A DNA stretch of 64,000 nt, taken from positions 1-64,000 of the IMG/VR virus record IMGVR_UViG_3300032322_001069. The stretch is one strand, 5' to 3'. The position numbers were made by a program, and so were the translations under genes. Every line of letters starts with the position of its first letter. Within the stretch, counting starts at the first letter, position 1. The notes under the pieces are model-generated. The model was not told the DNA's origin, searched no databases, and saw nothing but the letters and a program-made list of their open reading frames with translations. This DNA comes from a virus. Shown here piece by piece: positions 38,164 through 48,778 of the stretch.

Positions 38164-39101
38164 TAGTAATTGCCCTCTGAGAACGGATCAGTTTGATTAA
38201 AATTAATTATAGGAGTATCGTACTTGCTTCCAGAGCCAGTAAATCCTCTTTGATAATCTAGAGGAGGATTTTCCCCATCCGCATCTCCTAGTATTGGATT
38301 TATCAAACCATAATTTCCCGTATTGTCTGTTGATAGCAGTCCGAATGTTGCTCCGGTATTTACTCTGGTTATTACGGTTGGATATCCGAATGTAACTCCG
38401 TCTAATGCCATTATCTCCAACTCAAGATTATCCTCATTGAGAGTAGAATCAAGTAGTCTGAAATATGCAGTAGTTCCAGCTAGGCTACCAGTAACATACA
38501 ATTTTTCTCCCAGCGTGAGATTTCTATATGCATTCTGGAATCCAGCTGTATTGATGTTTGCCAAGAAGACATATGTACTTTGTTTGACATCTTCCACGGT
38601 ATCCATTTCGCTGTTGCCAGTATTGAACTCTTCGGCAGAATAGGTGAAAGTTTCGCAGAATAAACTATAAACATATAGTTTGTCCAACTGGTAGAATGGA
38701 GTTTCATGTTCTACAAAGTTGACTTCAAACATTGTTTTTGAGAGGGGAAAATAAATTATATCACCCTCTCTTGGGCGAACGATAGTGGAATTATGCGTAG
38801 TTACTTCGTTCGTAAATCTTTTTCTACTTACTACTAAATTCACTCTATCTTTTACTTCAAGACCAAATTTTGTAATTACATCTGTACCATCATAACCAGT
38901 AATAGAGGCAAGATACATTTCAATTGGATATGCCTTTGTAAATTTATTGAGCTGATCTTCTCCAAAAAGTCTATCAAGATTTACAAATTCTCTTGGAATG
39001 TACCAAACATTCTGGCCCATCATTTTGATAATTTCAATAATGATATCTTCAGAAACATTCTGTTCGCTTGATTGAAATTTGAAATAAGGATTACGAGCCA
39101 T
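38163..39101 (-). CDS. gp14: Neck protein
   Basis: YIPRE, FGED, KFGLEVKD, RPREGDIIYFP, PFYQL, DPFSE. Confidence 0.95.
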   Translation of the reverse strand: MARNPYFKFQSSEQNVSEDIIIEIIKMMGQNVWYIPREFVNLDRLFGEDQLNKFTKAYPIEMYLASITGYDGTDVITKFGLEVKDRVNLVVSRKRFTNEVTTHNSTIVRPREGDIIYFPLSKTMFEVNFVEHETPFYQLDKLYVYSLFCETFTYSAEEFNTGNSEMDTVEDVKQSTYVFLANINTAGFQNAYRNLTLGEKLYVTGSLAGTTAYFRLLDSTLNEDNLELEIMALDGVTFGYPTVITRVNTGATFGLLSTDNTGNYGLINPILGDADGENPPLDYQRGFTGSGSKYDTPIINFNQTDPFSEGNY

Positions 39102-39102
39102 T

Positions 39103-39906
39103 TTATCCCGTCATCATATCTGGAGGAAGTTCATAAGCAGAGATAATTTGATCTTCAAGGATAGCTACTTCTCTTTCAGCTTCTGCTAAAATAGTACCTC
39201 CTCTTAGAGCAACACCACCCGGTAAAGCAATACCATCAAATTTTGATAAATTTTGTCCCCATTGCTTCTTTACAAGAGCAGTAAAATATTTCTTTAACAT
39301 TCTATCATTAAAAATTTCTGTGTAAACATCAGGATTTAAATTTACATAAGCTTCAACAGTGATATATGTTCCCGCTGAAACTGCCGTCCAATCCATTTCA
39401 ATGTAGATTTTATTTGTAACTTTATTAAAACGAACGGTTCTTTCTGGATCGAACATCATTTCAATAAGGCGAATATATCTTTTTGTTATATCAAAATTTG
39501 CAATTGGTGAAGAATTAACAAAACCTAAATTGGTATTAATGCCGTAAACATCGTTTAATGCTAATTGATAGCGAACATCAAACAAATAATTACTTGTTAA
39601 AGTTCCAAAAGGAAGAATCCTTATTACTGATAAAATATCGTATCCTGTGGGACTACCCGAACTTGAACCTACAATTGGTCCTAAGTTATTTGTATCGATA
39701 TACTTGTTTGTAATATCCTGAGCAGTAAGCTGGTAAGTAAAAAATGCCCTCTCAACCCCATCAAAATGGCGTTCTGAGAAGAATTGTAGAGCATCATCAA
39801 GCCTATCCTGGGCTTGTTGATAATCTACATTTATTTCTACAACCGGAGCACCTAGCTGCCGGAAAGCGTATTGAATTATCGATTCTCTGGAGTTTGGTTG
39901 TGCCAT
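39103..39906 (-). CDS. gp13: Neck protein
   Basis: LGAPVVEINV, HFDG, KKQWGQNLSKF, LPGGV, YELPP. Confidence 0.95.
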   Translation of the reverse strand: MAQPNSRESIIQYAFRQLGAPVVEINVDYQQAQDRLDDALQFFSERHFDGVERAFFTYQLTAQDITNKYIDTNNLGPIVGSSSGSPTGYDILSVIRILPFGTLTSNYLFDVRYQLALNDVYGINTNLGFVNSSPIANFDITKRYIRLIEMMFDPERTVRFNKVTNKIYIEMDWTAVSAGTYITVEAYVNLNPDVYTEIFNDRMLKKYFTALVKKQWGQNLSKFDGIALPGGVALRGGTILAEAEREVAILEDQIISAYELPPDMMTG

Positions 39907-39928
39907 TTAGAGTATTTATGCACAGCCA

Positions 39929-40489
39929 TTACTTCGGAGTCTCCTTATTCTTCTCTACGGTCTGAAGAGCATCAATCACATCTGCAACTTCTTTTGGTGT
40001 TTCTGGAGAAGTTACTTCTACCTTTTGAACTTCCATGAAGTTCATGTTCTCGACATAATGTTTTCTGCTTTGTGGCTCATTTGCTTCATGTGGCTGACTT
40101 GGAGTATAGTTTGAGAATCCAGGCATTCCGATAGGACAATTTACCTTTGGATAATCAAGTTTACTATATTCCTGGTCGCTGCCGTTGAGCCATGTGGCCT
40201 TTCTATCTCCACAGCCACAGGCTCCACAAAAGAACTTTCCGTCTGTCTCTGATTTTTTTAGATGGCTACACGGAGGCAATTCTCCTCCCTGTCCTTCATT
40301 ACCAAAGCAACTTAATACTCTAAGTTGCTTTACGGTCTTATCGACCTTCTTATCTTTAAATCCACGCGATGCCATAGCCATGGCATAGCCTTGGATCATA
40401 CTAACGGACTTTTTAATTTTTGATTGTTCTAGTGGTGAGTCTGAAAATTTCTTCTTATTTGCACAATTACAAGGTTTCTTTTCACTCAT
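39929..40489 (-). CDS. Cys-rich hypothetical protein
   Basis: R..SC...PC...CGACGC...KL......CP. Confidence 0.75.
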   Translation of the reverse strand: MSEKKPCNCANKKKFSDSPLEQSKIKKSVSMIQGYAMAMASRGFKDKKVDKTVKQLRVLSCFGNEGQGGELPPCSHLKKSETDGKFFCGACGCGDRKATWLNGSDQEYSKLDYPKVNCPIGMPGFSNYTPSQPHEANEPQSRKHYVENMNFMEVQKVEVTSPETPKEVADVIDALQTVEKNKETPK

Positions 40490-40497
40490 ATAATTCC

Positions 40498-41205
40498 TCA
40501 GATTGTTGTACCATTAATATATTTGATAGTCAAAGTAGATCCAACAGCATTAAAACTCAAAATTCTATTGAAGGTGTCGTTGTTAAATCCTGAAGCTCCT
40601 GTGATCTGAGCAGCAGAGAAACTGATTTGATATCTATCCGCTCCACAAATGCTTGTGTTTGGAGCACCGCTTGAATTGTCGCTAAGTGACGAATCATCAG
40701 TGCATGTAATATAATCTATCCCAAAAGAAAGTCCAGCGTAATATTCTACGCTTGCTGTGGGGCTAATTCTTACAGTTTTATCTGTATTGTTGTAAACCCA
40801 GTCCTTCACGCCAGAGGGTAGTGTAGCTAGATACCAACCTTCTCTGAAGGATATAGTGATACCGTTAGAGCTATTGAAGGTATAGCCGACCAATGGAAGG
40901 GCTGTACCGCCTTGTGGGTGGCTCTTGGGGAATAGGGGAGTAGAACCATCCCAGGCTGGACCTTTGGCTGTAGTGCCTGCCAAATGGCTAGTCCATTCAT
41001 GAATCATATTCATGTTTAGACTATTCTGAAGGAACAAAATTTCTTGCAGTTCGTTTAGTTCAGATGCCTGTAGTTTGCTACCAGCCTTGAACGCCACCAT
41101 AGAATGGTTTTTCTTGGTGGTAGAATCAACACTTCCGCCCCATGTTCTGCTTGAATAGGGGTAATTAGTTAATGGAAATTGATCGTCAAAGGGGTATGCG
41201 GCCAT
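40498..41205 (-). CDS. Baseplate/virion protein (DUF4815-like N-terminus)
   Basis: PY, VAFKAGSKLQASELNELQ, DNSSGAPN...GADRY. Confidence 0.75.
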   Translation of the reverse strand: MAAYPFDDQFPLTNYPYSSRTWGGSVDSTTKKNHSMVAFKAGSKLQASELNELQEILFLQNSLNMNMIHEWTSHLAGTTAKGPAWDGSTPLFPKSHPQGGTALPLVGYTFNSSNGITISFREGWYLATLPSGVKDWVYNNTDKTVRISPTASVEYYAGLSFGIDYITCTDDSSLSDNSSGAPNTSICGADRYQISFSAAQITGASGFNNDTFNRILSFNAVGSTLTIKYINGTTI

Positions 41206-41206
41206 G

Positions 41207-43069
41207 TTAGATATTGAATATTAGGTTAAATGTATTTTCCGACTGAATAAGTGTATCTGTTGTGAACAATACGGTACAATCACTCATATTTATACTAGGT
41301 CCAGTAATTGATGTTACTGTAAAACTAGAGGTGACTCCACCGCTAAATTGTACGGTGTATGAACCACCAGTACCAATTGCGTAAGCATCATAGGAAGAAA
41401 TTTCAACAGACCCGGAAGTACTACCAGCAAAAACACCGAATCCTAGATTGAAACTAGAGGTTGGTTTTCCTGGAACAAATGCTCTTGATCCGCTGCCTAT
41501 GGTCTTTGTTGCAGATGTTTTATTTGTTAAGTAATTTACATCAATTGGATCGCTAAAGTCTGCAACGAAATCTCCTGGAGTAACAGAATCGATACCTCCC
41601 GAAATAGAGGTAATAATTGCCGAGGCACTTGCCTTTATAGGAGCCTTTGAATAACTTCTAGCACCGTCAGATTGAATTCTGTATCCGCTGGAATTCTTTA
41701 GACCCGTTACCAAGAAAGCCGACTCAAAAGAATACGAGGCTGGAGTATTAAACAGCGTATTGATTTCCGCTTCTGAAAGTTCTACTGCTACAGATATTTG
41801 CGTAGTTCGCAACAAATCATAAATTTTAAGGTAAGATTCGTTTGAAATCGGAGCAAGATTGAACTGAATCGAAGCTAAACAACTTGAGGGATCGGTCGGT
41901 GCTCCCTGAGAGCCAAGAGAAGCAATACTAAGATTTCCAGTTACGAGAGATGGTGCTTCAACATAAGTACAATTACTTGATGTTAATTGGTTTGTTAGAT
42001 AAACTCCAATAACTTTATATCGATTGATACCACCAACAAATTCTGTTTTCAAATAAGCTTTGCATGATCCTATAGTACCATCAGTGTCTAGATTTATTTC
42101 AGGATCTTCTATATCAGAATAATATGTAACATCACTTCTATCGTTAAACATTACGCTTAGAATACAACCAGATGGAATAGCAGTAAGAATATCTGTATTT
42201 TGTCTATAAACATTACCAGCCGTATAACCTCCAGATCCTCCAGCATTGAACAAGGCAAGAGGAGTAACAGTAGAATAAGTAGCTCCGCATGGAGTGCAAC
42301 CGGAGGGACCAGAAATATTAAAGAATCCGCCGTATTCGGTGGAGGTTACGGAAGGTAAAAATACCCCTTCAAAGTCTAATTGGCTGGCTAAATATCCGCA
42401 AGTCCAGCGATTAGGAACTTTGTAAGATGCTACGATATCACCAGCATTATATGTCTTTCCTGTTACTGGTTCTATCCAGGATTCAGTGGCATATAGGCAG
42501 CAAGTACCAAAGGTAAGTCCAGTTGATCCTCCACCTGTTGGACCAGTAGCATCTAGAGTAGAACCTCTAAAATCAACTAAAGATTCAATACCAGTTACTT
42601 TGATATAATTTGAAGATATTGGAGCTGGATCATAGTTTACTTTTACCCAGCTATACCCATCTCCCATGTTAATTACAGTACCATTCGAACCGCTTGGTGC
42701 AAATTTGCTCGGTGCAGAATTATTTCTAGTAGAGAGTTTATTGTAATTTGTATCACCAACGCACAAATATAGCTCTTTTGTGGTCGAATTGAAGCAAAGG
42801 CTATTTGTTATAGTTGGATCTGTATAGTCAAAAACTTTAAATGTTTTTGCTGCAACCCAGTCGTTTCGGGTAAAAACAGCAGATACATTGTCTAAGGTGA
42901 CTCGTTTTATAAAGCTAGCTGAATTAGCGACATCCTTCGAAACTCTGCTGCTCTTATCGGCATATCCAACTTCAACTACGCCAAAGCCAGCATAGTAATC
43001 CCAATACAAAGAATCAGTCAAAAAATTACTTACAGCTTCTGAATATCTGTTGGACGAGTCATTTGGCAT
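41207..43069 (-). CDS. gp8: Baseplate wedge subunit (gp8-like) with Cys-rich insert
   Basis: IKRV..VFTRNDW, LYLC, SKFAP, DGYSW; synteny 6-7-8. Confidence 0.7.
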   Translation of the reverse strand: MPNDSSNRYSEAVSNFLTDSLYWDYYAGFGVVEVGYADKSSRVSKDVANSASFIKRVTLDNVSAVFTRNDWVAAKTFKVFDYTDPTITNSLCFNSTTKELYLCVGDTNYNKLSTRNNSAPSKFAPSGSNGTVINMGDGYSWVKVNYDPAPISSNYIKVTGIESLVDFRGSTLDATGPTGGGSTGLTFGTCCLYATESWIEPVTGKTYNAGDIVASYKVPNRWTCGYLASQLDFEGVFLPSVTSTEYGGFFNISGPSGCTPCGATYSTVTPLALFNAGGSGGYTAGNVYRQNTDILTAIPSGCILSVMFNDRSDVTYYSDIEDPEINLDTDGTIGSCKAYLKTEFVGGINRYKVIGVYLTNQLTSSNCTYVEAPSLVTGNLSIASLGSQGAPTDPSSCLASIQFNLAPISNESYLKIYDLLRTTQISVAVELSEAEINTLFNTPASYSFESAFLVTGLKNSSGYRIQSDGARSYSKAPIKASASAIITSISGGIDSVTPGDFVADFSDPIDVNYLTNKTSATKTIGSGSRAFVPGKPTSSFNLGFGVFAGSTSGSVEISSYDAYAIGTGGSYTVQFSGGVTSSFTVTSITGPSINMSDCTVLFTTDTLIQSENTFNLIFNI

Positions 43070-43076
43070 ACTTTAT

Positions 43077-43838
43077 TTATAGTACCAAAGTGCTAGGTGA
43101 ATATCTCTCAGCAGCGTTAATAAAAGTTACAGAACTCTTCTGGCCCTTGATAAGATCAAATCTAATTCCAAGAGGTTTCATTAGAGAAATGAAATCGTCT
43201 TGGTATTTCTCAGGAATATAAGCAGTTAGAATAATTGCAAATTCCTGTCTATTTCTGCCTTCTGTTAAATAATCGGTGTTTAGAGTACCTTGATTCAATA
43301 CCATTGTATCATTAACACCGAAAGTGATGCTATAATCATCAAGAATCGAATCAAAGAATGTCTGGATAAAATATTTAAACGAATCTTGATTTCCTTTATT
43401 TACTATAAATCTTTTCTTGTTAGAAATCAAGAATTCTCTAAGTTCTTTATCGTAATCTTCTCCAAAATCATCGAAATCGAAGTCTGCAAATAACGACTTA
43501 TAAGTTTCTTTGATGGAGGCAAAATTTGTGTAAAAGACATTTTGAATGTCTTCATAGTTTGGATATAAGTCAAGTCCACTAGTAGAAAAAACCCAATCAT
43601 AATACCGCTGAATTAATTCTATAATTTTGATATCAGAATCAGTTTTTGATTCTTTTACTAGCCACGAAGGAAATTGGTGTTCTACTGAATAGAAAAATTT
43701 TCTATCAGTTGAGGCAATTGTTGCTAGATCATATTGGGAATTTAATACCCCCAAAGCATATTCACAACCCGCATCGACATTATATTGGGTGATATTGGCT
43801 GTGGCCCCAAGATTTGGATTTGTGAAAAAGAAAATCAT
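43077..43838 (-). CDS. Baseplate wedge protein (short gp7-like)
   Basis: QFPSWL, YYDW, NKGNQDSFKYF, MKPLG; lies after gp6. Confidence 0.65.
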   Translation of the reverse strand: MIFFFTNPNLGATANITQYNVDAGCEYALGVLNSQYDLATIASTDRKFFYSVEHQFPSWLVKESKTDSDIKIIELIQRYYDWVFSTSGLDLYPNYEDIQNVFYTNFASIKETYKSLFADFDFDDFGEDYDKELREFLISNKKRFIVNKGNQDSFKYFIQTFFDSILDDYSITFGVNDTMVLNQGTLNTDYLTEGRNRQEFAIILTAYIPEKYQDDFISLMKPLGIRFDLIKGQKSSVTFINAAERYSPSTLVL

Positions 43839-45559
43839 GTTACGGTTAATGTATCTACTTCATATTCTACGGCCATATTATTTTGTGGAACTATGGATGT
43901 AGCATTTGCTGTAATTGAAATTGTGAATGTAGAGCTAGGATCTACACTATCATAGAACAATATGTGTCCTGTAGTAGGATTAAAGACACCCACCTTAGAA
44001 TTAACCAGAGTACCATTCGATAGATAAGCAGCAATATACTTGTATCCATTCAATTCAGGAACATTAGTACTAGTGTTGTTAAATTTTACCTGACTTGTAG
44101 AAAGATTTGTGGTTACAAGAGTGGTGCTAAAACTGCTTATAGCATGATAAAAACGAATATTTCTTGAGACATCAAGATCTATTACTTTATCGAATACGAA
44201 ACTGATATTGCTATCTGTAATTGATAGACCAGGATCATAATCAGTAACTAAAGTTATAAGGTCTGATTTTGAAATCGCATGATTAAACTCATTGTCCCCA
44301 TAAGAATTATTAATTTCTACAATCAATTCGGATCTTAATTGAGATGCAGTTTTATTAGTTTTTCTTGAATCGTATGTTATAGCTAGTGTAAGTTTCCCAG
44401 TAAAATCATCGCTTTCAAGATATTCAATCCCAAGACCAACTATAGATTTAGCAGATAATTTAGTAGTCAATGAAGTAACTTGAGAAGAACTCGCACCAAG
44501 ACCAATTATTGAGTAATAAATTTTTCCATACACTCCGTTATAGTCCTGACCATCAAAAACTGCTATCTGGTTGCCTATAGTTGTTTCGTCAGGAACATAT
44601 CCAGACGCAGCAATGGCTGCTTCATAATCGCTTTTTGTCACCAACGATGAGTAGCCATAGTAGCGAGGACCAAGATATTTTAAATAATTAATATCTGGAG
44701 AATCAAATCCGCCAGAAGAAGTGGTAGAAGATACGGTTGCAGCAGGAATTGCTAGAGCATTATTTGACGAAAACTGAGAGATGGAATCAAATATAACTCC
44801 ATTTCCCTGTTGGCCCGATGCCACGACATAAGAAATCGTTACAGCATCAGTGCTGATTATGGATTTGCCTATGCTATTCACATCTTCAGATTGAAGATTT
44901 TTACCAAATTTAACACAGTAATAATCTCCTTTCTTGATCATGAAGAATATCTGAGAGTCTTCTGTTGTTCCCACAATAGGCTCATTTGTATAATTAGTCC
45001 AATAAATTCCATTTACTGAAATTAAAACTGTTCTAATATCAACATTTTTGTCTGGTATTTGATATTCTTGATTATCCAAATCAACGCTAATTGTGGATTC
45101 TTTTATTAATTTTGTTCCAGCATAAAATTCAAATGTGCTGGAAGTATCAATTGTAGTTCTTGGACCGATATAGTAAAAGTTAATAAGATTGTTGTTACTG
45201 TTTCTAGCTCTCATGCTAGCAAATCGATCTATTTGGGCAAGATTAGAATTTGTTTTCGTGAATGTTACTAAAGCCAAAGAAGATTTTTTTGTGGGTGGAG
45301 TAAAACCTGTAACCTGTAATAATTTAGATACAGATTCTACATTTTTGGCACTTGAAATGAAAGACTCATTGTTTAAAATGTGAAGATAATGTAACCAAAT
45401 GAGTGTATTATAGGTAAATAGCCCATTGACCATATCAATGGCTGTATTTGGACTATCAAGATCGAACTGCTTACCAACATCAGTTGATTTCAAATAGGTA
45501 ACAAGATTTGCCTTTAGAGTGTCGTAATCTAAATCAACTAGGTTAATTGGCTGGGTCAT
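43835..45559 (-). CDS. gp6: Baseplate wedge subunit
   Basis: DLDYDTLKANLVTYL, NESFISSA, VKFG, VTKSDY. Confidence 0.9.
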   Translation of the reverse strand: MTQPINLVDLDYDTLKANLVTYLKSTDVGKQFDLDSPNTAIDMVNGLFTYNTLIWLHYLHILNNESFISSAKNVESVSKLLQVTGFTPPTKKSSLALVTFTKTNSNLAQIDRFASMRARNSNNNLINFYYIGPRTTIDTSSTFEFYAGTKLIKESTISVDLDNQEYQIPDKNVDIRTVLISVNGIYWTNYTNEPIVGTTEDSQIFFMIKKGDYYCVKFGKNLQSEDVNSIGKSIISTDAVTISYVVASGQQGNGVIFDSISQFSSNNALAIPAATVSSTTSSGGFDSPDINYLKYLGPRYYGYSSLVTKSDYEAAIAASGYVPDETTIGNQIAVFDGQDYNGVYGKIYYSIIGLGASSSQVTSLTTKLSAKSIVGLGIEYLESDDFTGKLTLAITYDSRKTNKTASQLRSELIVEINNSYGDNEFNHAISKSDLITLVTDYDPGLSITDSNISFVFDKVIDLDVSRNIRFYHAISSFSTTLVTTNLSTSQVKFNNTSTNVPELNGYKYIAAYLSNGTLVNSKVGVFNPTTGHILFYDSVDPSSTFTISITANATSIVPQNNMAVEYEVDTLTVT

Positions 45560-45588
45560 GGAAATATTTAGGGTTTAAAAACTTAATG

Positions 45589-45966
45589 TTATTTTTGGAC
45601 TATAAACTTATAAGTAGATGAAATTAAGGTATTTGCGTCTTCATCTGAGACTGTATATGTTGCAATAACATTCAAATTTTTATTGAATACATTTGATTTG
45701 TCTAAAGAAAATTCTATACTTTTGATGCCCTTAGCTTTATATGCGACTATAGAATTAAGATCTGCAAGAATTACAAATTCTTTCATGGTATTCTTGTTAA
45801 ATTTTAATTCATCTATAGAAAAGGGAGTAGAAACAAATCTACCATCTCCCTGTTTGGCCAAACAAATTATCTTAATTTGTTGATTCGTAAATGCAGTTTT
45901 TGCTATTTTTGCGATATCATTTTTTGAATCGGTTTTAAAATATATGCTTAAATCTTTTAAACTCAT
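45589..45966 (-). CDS. Probable baseplate wedge/sheath initiator (divergent gp25-like)
   Basis: KDLSIYF....NDI start, size, and position before gp6. Confidence 0.55.
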   Translation of the reverse strand: MSLKDLSIYFKTDSKNDIAKIAKTAFTNQQIKIICLAKQGDGRFVSTPFSIDELKFNKNTMKEFVILADLNSIVAYKAKGIKSIEFSLDKSNVFNKNLNVIATYTVSDEDANTLISSTYKFIVQK

Positions 45967-46685
45967 CTCTGAATCCTCTCTAATGAATCTGTATCTGAAT
46001 ATGTAACATCCTCAAATACATCACCTTCGACTGCGCTACCAAATCTAGACAATGTTAAAACCATTTCATGGTGTCTATCTTTGAAAATATTGTGTTTAAT
46101 GGACAATACTAACCATCTACCATTTAATTTTCCATAGTTGGTTTGATATTCAGGGTTTGCTTGGTCGTATAGAGTCACTACATCTCCCGGAGCAACATTA
46201 AATGATCCAGCCACTTTTATATCTACCTTTATTGCATTCATCAGAGACAATAAAGCTTTTCGGTATAAAGGACTTACAGGATCTGTATTCCAAAATGTTG
46301 AATTCTTAAAAGCAACATTCAATAATTTATCAAATTCTTTTCCAGATTTTGGGCAATCACAAGAATATGGGGCATTAGGATCTATCAATAAACAGCCCAG
46401 ATATTCTCCACCTAACTGCGTTTGTATCTCATTACATAATTTTATATCCTGAAATGCTTCTTGTAAGCAGCATTCTGTTGGTTCACATTCAGATGGTCTT
46501 AATGTAATTCCAGTATAGCCTTGAAAAAATCTTTGTTCGCATTCCTGAATAGTTCTTGGAGATCCATGAAAAATAGCTTCTGGATTTGCACAGGTATAGT
46601 CCCGGCCTTCCATAAAGATTTCATTTGCATCTCTATATTGGCTAGTTCTGGTTATAATTGTCTGTAATAATTTTAGATCTAGCAT
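45963..46685 (-). CDS. Baseplate hub C-terminal-like protein (gp27/gpD C-part)
   Basis: IKVAGSFNVAPGDVV...NGRWLVLSIKH...MVLTLSR; ATG 46685 overlaps upstream TAG. Confidence 0.65.
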   Translation of the reverse strand: MLDLKLLQTIITRTSQYRDANEIFMEGRDYTCANPEAIFHGSPRTIQECEQRFFQGYTGITLRPSECEPTECCLQEAFQDIKLCNEIQTQLGGEYLGCLLIDPNAPYSCDCPKSGKEFDKLLNVAFKNSTFWNTDPVSPLYRKALLSLMNAIKVDIKVAGSFNVAPGDVVTLYDQANPEYQTNYGKLNGRWLVLSIKHNIFKDRHHEMVLTLSRFGSAVEGDVFEDVTYSDTDSLERIQR

Positions 46686-48778
46686 TCTATACAAGGCCCT
46701 TCTTTATCATTCTGTGCGTCAAAGAGATATAGGTAAGGAGTTCTCTTGAGTAAATCAGGACAGAAAGTAAGACCGCGAATGCTATGCATTTCTATCTGGT
46801 ACATCTTTACTATATGTCCATGAGAAGCCACTGTACATGCATCGTCTTTTGTTGGATGATTTCCTACTGCCTGATTTATAGTTCCTAGAGGATAACCATC
46901 AGCTATTAGATTTGTTCCTGGACCAGCGTACTTTTTATTCTCATTTTCAAAATTCATTATCTCATTGATATTGAAAGCTTCAAATCCCTGAGTGAATCCT
47001 CCAGATCTACCCCACTCGTAACTAACAACCTTGAATCCTGGATGAGATTCTGTGTATTCGTATTCTGCCCCCTCAAAGCCAAAGGTCTGACCAGTGCAAG
47101 TTGTTTCACAAGCTTCACAGATATCAGCACCAGCAATTGAATCTACCGGAGCACATGTAGAACCATTTAATGTGACTCCAGCAATTCTTATAGGAATAAA
47201 TTCAATTTCTTGCCAAGAATACCTATACGCTTTTGCTCTGGTATTAGGTTCAGTTTGGCCTTCTCCCTTTATAGCCGATGCTCCAGTAATCAATGCCCAG
47301 AAAGAATTATTAGAATCTAAACAGCAAACAACATATTTGAAAATATTCCATTTTTCTTTAATTCGTCTAAGAGCCAAGTATGTTGCTCTTTTTTGTGCTG
47401 CTGTCTTTTTAATATCGATATAAATTTTTGCTACATTTTTGTCTGACGGTGTTTGGCCACCTAACGGATCTGTTATGATTTCTCCTACTTTAGGATTAAA
47501 TTCATCTATATCGAACATGGTTTGCCACATTAACTGTGTCTGTCTGTGGCCCATCAACTCTTCTGCTGTTACTCCTTGTTCAGTATAAAAAGTATAGCTT
47601 GGCTCATATACGCTATTATTGTAGAATGAATTATCAAAATAACCAAACTTACCATCATCATAAAAGCGTTTGGTATAAGTAGCCATAGTTGCACCTACAG
47701 CAGGATCATAAAATTCTAAATTTACTTGATCATATTTTATTAACTTTTCTACATCTCCAGGCTCAAATGGATTTTGATTTGAAGGTGAAGTTTCATATAT
47801 TTTATAAATTTCTTCTGGAAAATGTTCTTCTATTTTATAGAGAATATTAGATTTGGTTATACCAACTCCATAATCTGAATAGCTAAAAAATGGATTTGAA
47901 AGATTTGGCGCAACTCTTTCATAGTAAGAAGAGAACGCTCCAGAGTTTTCCAATTCCATCATCGATAAAGCAGGGTGGAATCTAACGCTGTCTATTTTCT
48001 GGCGACCTTCACTTAAAGCTGTATCTAAGCTATCTCTGGCCTGAATTACATAATTCATTTTAGATTCTGCTTTGATCATATCGCCCAAGGACATGAAATT
48101 AGTAGATGTTAGATCTTTCCAAAAGAAAAAATCTGCTCTAACTTTATCTTCTTCTTTTTTAGAATTCGCGTTTTCTGCCAAATAATTTAATAGTGGTAGT
48201 ACTTTACTATGATCTACTACTCTACCGCTTGGATATGTCATTGGTCTTGGTTTTAGCCAAGCGTAATTTTCTGTACTTGAAAGATTATATTCTTCATCTA
48301 TAAAATATCTTTCGAATAGTTCTTTTATCCAACTATCCCCGTCAAATTCTCCTTCGGCAGAACTTTTGCAAATTTCTTTAATATCCTCTTCAAATTTAAA
48401 TGGCAATCTTTCATTAAAAAAGTAAGATTCATGAATAAATTTTAATATTACTAATCTTGGCTGTGTTCTATCGGCATAATCGGTTGCTCTTGCTGCTTGA
48501 TAAACATGATAATATGGTAAATCTACCATATTTCCAAATCTATCTGTTATATTAATTTTAATTACATCTTTACCAGTAAAATTAAAATCACCGATCATGT
48601 CTCCAGGATCTCTTAATATAAGAGTTCCAGAAGGAATAGTTCCAAAAATACTTTCATCAAAAGTAAGCTGCTCCAAATAACCATTGCTTTGATTATTATT
48701 TACAACTACCCATTCTTTATTGGTTCTAGCATGAGTAATTGTTATACTATTAATACTTAGTAGATTAGCTACTGCCAT
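46679..48778 (-). CDS. Baseplate hub N-part (gp27-like) with Cys-rich C-terminal domain
   Basis: FDESIF...GTLILRD, NYLAENA, FFFWKD; position after gp53. Confidence 0.65.
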   Translation of the reverse strand: MAVANLLSINSITITHARTNKEWVVVNNNQSNGYLEQLTFDESIFGTIPSGTLILRDPGDMIGDFNFTGKDVIKINITDRFGNMVDLPYYHVYQAARATDYADRTQPRLVILKFIHESYFFNERLPFKFEEDIKEICKSSAEGEFDGDSWIKELFERYFIDEEYNLSSTENYAWLKPRPMTYPSGRVVDHSKVLPLLNYLAENANSKKEEDKVRADFFFWKDLTSTNFMSLGDMIKAESKMNYVIQARDSLDTALSEGRQKIDSVRFHPALSMMELENSGAFSSYYERVAPNLSNPFFSYSDYGVGITKSNILYKIEEHFPEEIYKIYETSPSNQNPFEPGDVEKLIKYDQVNLEFYDPAVGATMATYTKRFYDDGKFGYFDNSFYNNSVYEPSYTFYTEQGVTAEELMGHRQTQLMWQTMFDIDEFNPKVGEIITDPLGGQTPSDKNVAKIYIDIKKTAAQKRATYLALRRIKEKWNIFKYVVCCLDSNNSFWALITGASAIKGEGQTEPNTRAKAYRYSWQEIEFIPIRIAGVTLNGSTCAPVDSIAGADICEACETTCTGQTFGFEGAEYEYTESHPGFKVVSYEWGRSGGFTQGFEAFNINEIMNFENENKKYAGPGTNLIADGYPLGTINQAVGNHPTKDDACTVASHGHIVKMYQIEMHSIRGLTFCPDLLKRTPYLYLFDAQNDKEGPCIEC

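Noticed and set aside
46670-46700. Possible stop-codon recoding or programmed frameshift joining the two hub ORFs
   Set aside because: The ORFs are in different frames, no slippery heptamer is evident, and an overlapping ATG with a purine-rich upstream tract explains coupling; genes elsewhere are intact in the standard code
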